Part shown: positions 33,707 to 40,702 of the stretch, piece after piece
Numbering within the stretch: the stretch's first letter is position 1
Layout of the letters: each line of letters starts with the position of its first letter
Assembly (NCBI GenBank): GCA_023139715.1
Contig: JAGLNB010000002.1
Span: 1-59,785, forward strand
Length of the DNA: 59,785 nt
Direction: 5' to 3'
From: Planctomycetota bacterium
GTDB taxonomy: Bacteria > Planctomycetota > Phycisphaerae > Sedimentisphaerales > Anaerobacaceae
The notes under the pieces: generated by a model
What the model saw: only the letters and a program-made list of their open reading frames with translations
What the model was told of the DNA's origin: nothing
Databases searched by the model: none
Program-made: the position numbers and the translations under genes

Positions 33707-34668
33707 TCATATTATTACTGTGCATCGTTCCATGCCAGGCAGGTATGAGTTCAGACATCTTTTATAGGTTTTTGAATAACTCGAAAACAGTCACAAACGC
33801 TAATGATATAGTATATGTTGAATCCAACTATATCCTAAACAATACCGTCCAATCACATAAACATCTCAGAGGAATTGTTGACATTGTGGGATTCGGCCAG
33901 ATGGTGTATATTGACGGTGAGTACTATATTCCCGGACCCCCTGAAGACCATGCCATAATAAAAACCAAGTTGTGGGATGAAGGGCTTAACTGGAATAACA
34001 ACTTTGATTGGATTAAGATTACAGATGAGCGCATAACCACAGAAGATAATATCACCACAGTTGAAATAGATATATACCTGAAATGGCACCACTCTGAACT
34101 CAAAACTAGGACTGTTTGTGGACTCAATGGGTGCACGACATATAAATGGATTAGCAAAACATATTATCATGAGTATGCAACATTTACAGCATCAAAGACA
34201 GCACCACAAATATATCCGGAAACCATCATACCGGAACTGAATGTAATTGTATACAATGACAGCATAAAACCCAAAACCATTATACATCTGCCCAACACCG
34301 CTTATATTATGGGCTACACGATTGAATTCAAGAATGAATCCGTAGAGTATTTCAATAGTGTGCTGTCAGTTGAAACACAAGACAATGGCCTTCCATTCGG
34401 TAATATAACCAAAGTAGCATCTCAATCGATATATGCCGATTCTGAGATGTTCAGCCGGGCAGGACAAAACATAATAATCAAGTCTACTGAGATAAACGAC
34501 AGTCTTAGAATATATGCCATGACTCCGTTTGATGAAATGGAAATTGATTATACTGTTACGAATTATTCAGATGCGCAGATGTTGGATAATGTCCAGTTGT
34601 CAAGCGCATTCAGTCTGTTAATGCTTGCCTGGGTAATTGTATTTTTATTGAAGTATTATAGGAAGTGA
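33673..34668 (+). CDS. surface-exposed protein with signal peptide and C-terminal TM anchor
   Basis: MGWKSGVCICIIILLLCIVPCQAG..; C-terminal AFSLLMLAWVIVFLLKYYRK; SD GGTGATC. Confidence 0.65.
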   Translation: MGWKSGVCICIIILLLCIVPCQAGMSSDIFYRFLNNSKTVTNANDIVYVESNYILNNTVQSHKHLRGIVDIVGFGQMVYIDGEYYIPGPPEDHAIIKTKLWDEGLNWNNNFDWIKITDERITTEDNITTVEIDIYLKWHHSELKTRTVCGLNGCTTYKWISKTYYHEYATFTASKTAPQIYPETIIPELNVIVYNDSIKPKTIIHLPNTAYIMGYTIEFKNESVEYFNSVLSVETQDNGLPFGNITKVASQSIYADSEMFSRAGQNIIIKSTEINDSLRIYAMTPFDEMEIDYTVTNYSDAQMLDNVQLSSAFSLLMLAWVIVFLLKYYRK

Positions 34669-34865
34669 TTTTATTGATACCTGAAACATACCTCCGGATT
34701 GAGTTCACCAAGAACGGTATTACTCAAAAAATAGAATTTCCTGAAGAGTATAATAATTCAAATAGACTTAGGTGGTGGATTGTTAAAATATTTGCTCATG
34801 TTAAAATGGAATGGTTCCGATAATATTAAGTATGATTAAATCATATTAAGTATTAGGTGAATCAA

Positions 34866-35123
34866 ATGAAAACATATGCGGAAATGAGCGACAGACAATT
34901 AAAACAGTGGATGAAAGACAACCCGGTCAAAACAGAATTATCTACTAGAGATAGGTTGCTCAAGAAAACCACCGCAGAACTTGAAGACCTGCTACTGGAA
35001 CTCAAATCTAAATATAATCCTGATTCTAAGAGTATCTATTTGCATGATCCTATGACTCGTAAAAAGATTAGCGATGTTGAATGGGCTATACATAAACAGG
35101 GCGGTGAATCAAATGAAAGCTGA
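34866..35123 (+). CDS. hypothetical protein
   Basis: ATG preceded by the GGTGAATCAA cassette. Confidence 0.65.
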   Translation: MKTYAEMSDRQLKQWMKDNPVKTELSTRDRLLKKTTAELEDLLLELKSKYNPDSKSIYLHDPMTRKKISDVEWAIHKQGGESNES

Positions 35124-35274
35124 AGTACAAACTACCAAAGAATATAACGTTATTTTAGATGAAATTGAAATGTTGGAATTGTGTGAAGAAATAACAAATG
35201 TTGAAGCTGCAGGCAGTGACAGTTCTGCACTGTATAAATTGCGTGCTTGTCTTGAAGGGGCGCATATCAAATGA
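35113..35274 (+). CDS. small acidic protein (53 aa)
   Basis: ATG 35113 preceded by GGTGAATCAA; the track ORF starts at 35074. Confidence 0.55.
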   Translation: MKAEVQTTKEYNVILDEIEMLELCEEITNVEAAGSDSSALYKLRACLEGAHIK

Positions 35275-35699
35275 GAGAGATTAAATTCAGAGCGTGGGAT
35301 AAACTTAATAGAGTAATGTGTCCGTCAGAGGATGAGTTTTGTATATCTTCAACAGGCAAGGGCGCAATGATGTATGATTGTATATATGGTGACCATGACT
35401 ACATGGAAGAACTTGAGTTGATGCAATATACTGGCCGGAAGGATAAGAACGGTGTGGAGATATACGAAGATGATATACTCCATTACGAAGGACATTTCTA
35501 TCACATTGCATCCAATTGGAGAAACAGAGGAAAATCAATAAAAACAGAGGTCAATGGAAACTTCCCCGTAAAATATGAAGATAATACAGGATTCCAAATG
35601 TATAATCAAGGCATTGGATATTATAAAATTCATTCAGTGGACGTTGAAGTCATAGGAAACATCCATGAAAACCCTGAATTACTGGAGCCACACACATGA
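35271..35699 (+). CDS. YopX-family protein
   Basis: IKFRAWDK..MQYTGRKDKNGVEIYEDDIL pattern. Confidence 0.75.
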   Translation: MREIKFRAWDKLNRVMCPSEDEFCISSTGKGAMMYDCIYGDHDYMEELELMQYTGRKDKNGVEIYEDDILHYEGHFYHIASNWRNRGKSIKTEVNGNFPVKYEDNTGFQMYNQGIGYYKIHSVDVEVIGNIHENPELLEPHT

Positions 35700-35914
35700 A
35701 GCCAGACCAAACCACCGAACACATCATCGATGCAGAAGATATCATAGCAAGGATTGAAGCACTGGAGGCACAGGCACAGAATCGTGAGCCGCTGTTCGTT
35801 GCGGTCGTGAACCAGCGCGGCCAGATAGTCATCCGGGATGATGTAAGGAAACGCAATGTAATTGTTCCTGGTGATAAGGTGGCAGTGTATCATATCGAGA
35901 AGGTGTACGAATGA
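35696..35914 (+). CDS. AbrB/SpoVT-like protein
   Basis: GQIVIRDDVRKRNVIVPGDKVAVYHIEK. Confidence 0.6.
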   Translation: MKPDQTTEHIIDAEDIIARIEALEAQAQNREPLFVAVVNQRGQIVIRDDVRKRNVIVPGDKVAVYHIEKVYE

Positions 35915-36102
35915 ACTTTATTCAATCAGTTGGAACTATTCTCATGGTGTGGGGTTGTACACAGCCCGTGTGCTTCTTTCGATACCTCGATCAACACCTA
36001 GAATATGTGGAGATAATTGGGATGTTTACTTTCTGGATTGGTGCGGCGATGTTTATTTGTGGCAGTGAAACAGAATATACTATAGAACAGGTGGTAGAAT
36101 GA
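35911..36102 (+). CDS. small membrane protein
   Basis: Two hydrophobic segments; ATGA overlaps. Confidence 0.6.
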   Translation: MNFIQSVGTILMVWGCTQPVCFFRYLDQHLEYVEIIGMFTFWIGAAMFICGSETEYTIEQVVE

Positions 36103-36464
36103 TATCAATCGACAAGAACACCTGCGCAGCATGTAAACGCTGCTGTCGCGGTAAGCCGGGCACAACCACCCCAGCACACCTACACGACGGCACCAAACCA
36201 AAAATAGATAAGAACTACAATTGTGAATACCTCGGTAGTTTTAATAAGTGCGGGGCACCACACGGTAAACCAGTCGAATGTGCTATATATCCGATAGTGA
36301 TATCAGACGGCAAAATCTACGTAGATGTGGCATGTCCTGCGTGGGAAGTGGCTGTCAAGCAATGGGATGAACAGTTCGGTGGTTGCATCGATGACTATAA
36401 TGATGGCAGGGGCGATCATAAGTTTGTTAATTTGTGGATTGCACACAGCCAGATAAAGGAGTAA
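36099..36464 (+). CDS. YkgJ-like CxxCxxCC zinc/iron-chelating domain protein
   Basis: CAACKRCCRGKPG motif. Confidence 0.6.
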   Translation: MISIDKNTCAACKRCCRGKPGTTTPAHLHDGTKPKIDKNYNCEYLGSFNKCGAPHGKPVECAIYPIVISDGKIYVDVACPAWEVAVKQWDEQFGGCIDDYNDGRGDHKFVNLWIAHSQIKE

Positions 36465-36469
36465 TAAAT

Positions 36470-36823
36470 ATGGGATTAGACGTACATGTTGGAGAATATG
36501 AATCTAAAGAATATGTGAGTGAACACCTAGGTGCATATTCTGGTTTTGCGATATGGAGAAAAACAATATCAAATGCAGCAGGTTTTGATTTAGATGAAAT
36601 GGATGGCTTTGATGGAACAAAACCATGGACATCAGAACCATTTCAATTAATTTTAAATCATTCTGATTGTGATGGTGGATATTCAGTTGAACAGGTCCCT
36701 GAATTGTTACAGGAATTATATGACATAAAAGAATTGAATGTTGATGATTATGACCAATCAGATAAATTAATTAGACTATGTAAAGCTGCATTGTTATTGA
36801 ATAAACCTATTGAATTTGCATGA
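36470..36823 (+). CDS. hypothetical protein
   Basis: ATG after AAGGAG; the track ORF starts at 36434. Confidence 0.65.
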   Translation: MGLDVHVGEYESKEYVSEHLGAYSGFAIWRKTISNAAGFDLDEMDGFDGTKPWTSEPFQLILNHSDCDGGYSVEQVPELLQELYDIKELNVDDYDQSDKLIRLCKAALLLNKPIEFA

Positions 36824-36827
36824 TATC

Positions 36828-37169
36828 ATGATAAAATACACAATAATAATACTACTCATACTCATAGCTCCAGCATCAGCAGAGTACGACTGCCTAGAAT
36901 ATGCACTTGCAGCCGACGAGCCCATAATACTAGTAGGAAAACATCCATACTTCTATGGATCGATGGATTCTAAAGCCAACCACTACTTGAACTATGAGAT
37001 TATTGACAATGAGACAATGCGCTTAACAGACCATAATACAAGTGCAAGTGTAATTGTATCAACACGGACATGGAATGAAATTCGACCAGGAGTCTATTTT
37101 GACGGGTTTGACTATTTTAAGATGTTCATATATCGTGAACCACAACGATACTGGAAGAAGATGATTTAA
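36828..37169 (+). CDS. secreted small protein
   Basis: Signal peptide MIKYTIIILLILIAPASA. Confidence 0.6.
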   Translation: MIKYTIIILLILIAPASAEYDCLEYALAADEPIILVGKHPYFYGSMDSKANHYLNYEIIDNETMRLTDHNTSASVIVSTRTWNEIRPGVYFDGFDYFKMFIYREPQRYWKKMI

Positions 37170-37180
37170 GGGGCAATATT

Positions 37181-37603
37181 ATGATAACAAATGACGAATT
37201 ATTGGTTCTTGAAAAAAGATTATTCGAAAATTTATCAGCATTCTATTGTGTAAGTCCCGGTAGATTTGAACCCGATTTGCAGGGCGATGACCAGTATAAT
37301 ACTGGCTATGTCAAAGAATCAATACATGACGCTGTAAATGTGTGGGCCATATCACATATCGACAGCCGATTTAGTACAGAAAGAATGCACAAGATATACC
37401 CCATGATAGTTGGGCGTACTTTTTGCAACTATTGTGGGCGTGACTTAACAAGAACAGATGAACGGTGTATCTACTGTTCTGGTGAACCATTGTGCCCAAT
37501 GTGCAAAAAAACAATGGAAATTATTAAAGATGATGTAGTAAAATTGTCTTGCCACAGTTGTGGTGTATTTTTTGATGGTGTGGATTGGTACGATCAGATT
37601 TAA
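37181..37603 (+). CDS. zinc-ribbon protein
   Basis: CNYCG..CIYC, CPMC..CHSC pairs. Confidence 0.7.
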   Translation: MITNDELLVLEKRLFENLSAFYCVSPGRFEPDLQGDDQYNTGYVKESIHDAVNVWAISHIDSRFSTERMHKIYPMIVGRTFCNYCGRDLTRTDERCIYCSGEPLCPMCKKTMEIIKDDVVKLSCHSCGVFFDGVDWYDQI

Positions 37604-37875
37604 CCAAATCTAATTATTTTGGTTAGCCACCCAACAACTATAACTAAAAGAGAAGCAATACCCCCAAATATCAAACTTGTAATCTTATTTTCTGTTTTGA
37701 GATTGTTAATATCTCTCACCATCTCATCATGATGTCTACACACTGAACTTTTTTGTTCAAGTTTCTGAAGTCGATCGAATATATCTTCAAGTTGAGGCGC
37801 CATAAGTTTTGTTCGTTCATCAATCCGACTCAACATTGCTAATATATTCATATCGTCATACATAGTGTGCATCAC
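37600..37875 (-). CDS. XhlA-like lysis-associated protein (coiled coil plus C-terminal TM)
   Basis: Coiled-coil N-terminus; TM SLIFGGIASLLVIVVGWL; last gene of the structural/lysis operon. Confidence 0.5.
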   Translation of the reverse strand: MMHTMYDDMNILAMLSRIDERTKLMAPQLEDIFDRLQKLEQKSSVCRHHDEMVRDINNLKTENKITSLIFGGIASLLVIVVGWLTKIIRFG

Positions 37876-37909
37876 CTAAAATACATTCTTTTTATTAATA
37901 TACTTCTAC

Positions 37910-38164
37910 TTATATATATTCGTTTTTATGTGTATATCCATTGTAAAAATCTTTCACGAAATAATACAATCCATTCAAAAAAGGAAAGATTAATATTGCC
38001 AATATCAACGCTTCTACCTGCGCCTCGCCTATTGAATTAATATTCATCTTCCAGACATATACACCGTTGAAATAATTTATCTCAAATATTATCCAGTTAA
38101 ATAAAAAATGGAATGTCCCGACTACTAAAAAAGTGAGTCGAGATATTACTTCAACTGATTTCAT
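37910..38164 (-). CDS. holin candidate
   Basis: 84 aa with about 3 hydrophobic helices, next to the peptidase gene. Confidence 0.5.
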   Translation of the reverse strand: MKSVEVISRLTFLVVGTFHFLFNWIIFEINYFNGVYVWKMNINSIGEAQVEALILAILIFPFLNGLYYFVKDFYNGYTHKNEYI

Positions 38165-38185
38165 ATGTGGTAATTGTCTTTAATT

Positions 38186-38665
38186 CTATATCATTGTTCG
38201 GGATGTGCGCCAGAGTGTAGTCGGTTTGAATATTTGATCTCGCTGTGGTTCCACAAACCAGATATCCTTGTCAGTTCCAGCAAACCAATTCCATGCATGA
38301 CCGCCGCCAGATGGTGTCATACCCCATATAATCCCAAATGCCAGATCAGAATCCCAGCGCGTGACATCACCCATTAGGATATATGAAAAGTCGTCACAGT
38401 CGTGCTCTGTGGGGATATAGTCTCTTTTATTGACTGGGTTCTGCTCAAGGAATAATCCCATAGTTACAGGTGATACTAGTTTGTAGGAGTCATCGCTGTT
38501 CGCATAGCTGTAAATCTCAGCCATTCCCGGTGTATTAGATACAATCTCCTTTAATTCTTTCCAGCCTATTCTATCTGTATCTGGCTGTTGTGCTATCCTA
38601 CGAGGGTCATAGGGCTCATCATACCCTAAAGACAGGCTTAATTCATGGAGTAGGTTTGCTATCAT
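38186..38665 (-). CDS. transglutaminase/papain-fold cysteine peptidase (endolysin candidate)
   Basis: HDCDDFSYILMG ... GGGHAWNWF ... FVEPQ matches a Cys-His-acid layout; start at MIANLL after TAGGAGG. Confidence 0.45.
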   Translation of the reverse strand: MIANLLHELSLSLGYDEPYDPRRIAQQPDTDRIGWKELKEIVSNTPGMAEIYSYANSDDSYKLVSPVTMGLFLEQNPVNKRDYIPTEHDCDDFSYILMGDVTRWDSDLAFGIIWGMTPSGGGHAWNWFAGTDKDIWFVEPQRDQIFKPTTLWRTSRTMI

Positions 38666-38675
38666 CTGTGGCCTC

Positions 38676-38822
38676 CTATGGCTTAGCTGAATCATCTATA
38701 GCCTGCTTCCTTGTTGCTTCAATGGTCATCTGTATCTCGATTTGTCGTACAATATTAATCTTTGCTGCTTCAAGTTTGTCTATCTGAAATTGTATATTTC
38801 CAAGTTCTTCGTATAGGTTCAT
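38676..38822 (-). CDS. small coiled-coil protein (48 aa)
   Basis: MNLYEELGNIQFQIDKLEAAKINIVRQIEIQMTIEATRKQAIDDSAKP; SD GAGAGGA. Confidence 0.5.
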   Translation of the reverse strand: MNLYEELGNIQFQIDKLEAAKINIVRQIEIQMTIEATRKQAIDDSAKP

Positions 38823-38823
38823 G

Positions 38824-39885
38824 TTAATTCCTCTCAACTGTTACGCTTCCTGTTCCGCCCCCTGTTCCAGCGGTTTCAGGAGTATATTTTATTCCTGTTG
38901 TTCCAAAATTGACTGGCGTTATGTCGTTACTTGCAGGTTCTGAATTGTAAGTTCCAAACCCTATATGTACTTCTTGACCATCGAATGCTTCATTTGCTGC
39001 TTGGTCTGCTGTACTCCACGCTTCGGTCCAATCTGTACCATTTCTATCATTGTCACCAGTTGTTTTAACATAACAGTCATCTTCCCAGTATTTCTCTTCG
39101 ATTGTGGCTGCTGCTAGATTATCACATGGAGCAGAATTTGCTGTCATAGAATAAAGTTTGAAACTGTGATGCATGACGCCACTATCATATTGTTGGGTAT
39201 CACCAACATCTAACAGAACAGTAGTATAAGATGACCCCCAGGCAGTTTTGAATGTGAATTCCGCTGCATCACACGGAGATGGACAATTGTGATCTGTCAT
39301 AGTTATTTCACCCCAACCATCTTTTTCAAGTAGGTTCTTGCATAAACTTCCAACCAACCTTGTTTGTGAATATGTACTATATGTTATAGATAAATATGGA
39401 TCCCACGCAGATTCTTTTGAACGTAGTTCATTTCCATCAAATGAACCATCATATGATTCATCGGTATATTTCATTAAAATACCAACATATGAATGTCCGT
39501 CTCTTAAAGCATCTCTTAGTATCGAAATAATTGATCTATTATTCCATCCAGTACTCCAGTTGTCTTCTAAATTATAATCAGTACTTGTTGGTTGATTACT
39601 CCAAGTGACTCCTGATTCTGTCCAAGTGTCATTATCGATTCTTTGAAAATCTATAGTTCTTGGATCAACTGATCCAGAATCATATACATTCAACGTACAA
39701 GAACTGATAAAATCTATAGGTACGTCAATTATTGCTGAAATATCAAACTCTATTAAGCTACGTCTAATTCCATTTGTTGCGTTTGTCTGAGCCACTGACA
39801 GATATTCAGTAGAACCATAGTTTGTAGTTGGACTGGCTTCTCGTATCTCTGCATCTTTATCTGGATAGATTGTGTTTGAAGCCAT
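38824..39885 (-). CDS. tail fibre / receptor-binding protein with DNRLRE-like N-terminal domain
   Basis: YPDKDAEIREASPTTNYGSTEYLSV..RRSLIEFDIS pattern. Confidence 0.6.
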   Translation of the reverse strand: MASNTIYPDKDAEIREASPTTNYGSTEYLSVAQTNATNGIRRSLIEFDISAIIDVPIDFISSCTLNVYDSGSVDPRTIDFQRIDNDTWTESGVTWSNQPTSTDYNLEDNWSTGWNNRSIISILRDALRDGHSYVGILMKYTDESYDGSFDGNELRSKESAWDPYLSITYSTYSQTRLVGSLCKNLLEKDGWGEITMTDHNCPSPCDAAEFTFKTAWGSSYTTVLLDVGDTQQYDSGVMHHSFKLYSMTANSAPCDNLAAATIEEKYWEDDCYVKTTGDNDRNGTDWTEAWSTADQAANEAFDGQEVHIGFGTYNSEPASNDITPVNFGTTGIKYTPETAGTGGGTGSVTVERN

Positions 39886-40692
39886 CTATACCGCCTGAAA
39901 CACAATACTACTCCCTGTTGAAACTTTCAAAGTTAAATTCTGACTTGCTGTGGCTTGTATCGTGTCTGCTCCTGTAATATCATTATCTCCCATCTGTAGA
40001 TTGCCTGTCATTGCTCTAGTACCTGCGACAAGTAAATATTGAGTGTGATCATCGTCTGCTAATCCGGTAAGCGCCCCATGATCTGATGCACCTATATTAT
40101 CATCTACATACTTCTTAGTAGCAGCTTCTTGATTGGCTGTTGGATCCAATACACCTTCAATTTTTAGACCATTCATATTTATCTTAGTAAATAATTTCAA
40201 ACCATCTGCTGTACTAAGGTGCATCTTTTCAGCACCCAAAATCGCCCAAGTATGCATATAATCCTGATCGCTTAAAAGAGTATAATCCAAACCCGAATAT
40301 AATTGTCTCTGAATATAGTTCTGAACACCCGTTGTAAATCCAATAGAACCACTTAATGTAGTTCCGTCACTCATGCGAAGAATACCAGAATCAAGATATA
40401 CGTTATTTGCCCCCATATTCAAGGTTCCAGTCATTTCTCTAGTGCCATTAACCAACACATATTGTGTGTGGTCATCATCAGCAAGACCCGTTAAGGCACC
40501 ATGATCAGTAACACCACCAGTACCAGCAAGCTCAACCCACGCAGCGCCTGTGTATACCATAGTTTTATTCGTATCTGTTTCGTAGATGTGTCGGCCTTCA
40601 TGCGCTGTTGGGCGGCCTGTAGACAGACAGATACTTATCCCGAAACTATCTAAATCGTCAAAATCTTCCCAATCTGTATCGGTAACAACCAT
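39886..40692 (-). CDS. tail fibre protein with internal duplication
   Basis: DHGALTGLADDDHTQY(V/L)LV.GTR.MTG.L.MG occurs twice. Confidence 0.65.
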   Translation of the reverse strand: MVVTDTDWEDFDDLDSFGISICLSTGRPTAHEGRHIYETDTNKTMVYTGAAWVELAGTGGVTDHGALTGLADDDHTQYVLVNGTREMTGTLNMGANNVYLDSGILRMSDGTTLSGSIGFTTGVQNYIQRQLYSGLDYTLLSDQDYMHTWAILGAEKMHLSTADGLKLFTKINMNGLKIEGVLDPTANQEAATKKYVDDNIGASDHGALTGLADDDHTQYLLVAGTRAMTGNLQMGDNDITGADTIQATASQNLTLKVSTGSSIVFQAV

Positions 40693-40702
40693 TTATATCA
40701 AC

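Noticed and set aside
34675-34824. 49-aa ORF with a TTG start after GGAAGTGA
   Set aside because: It has only a non-ATG start, and it overlaps a likely promoter/operator region (ATATTAAGTAT x2). Support is insufficient.
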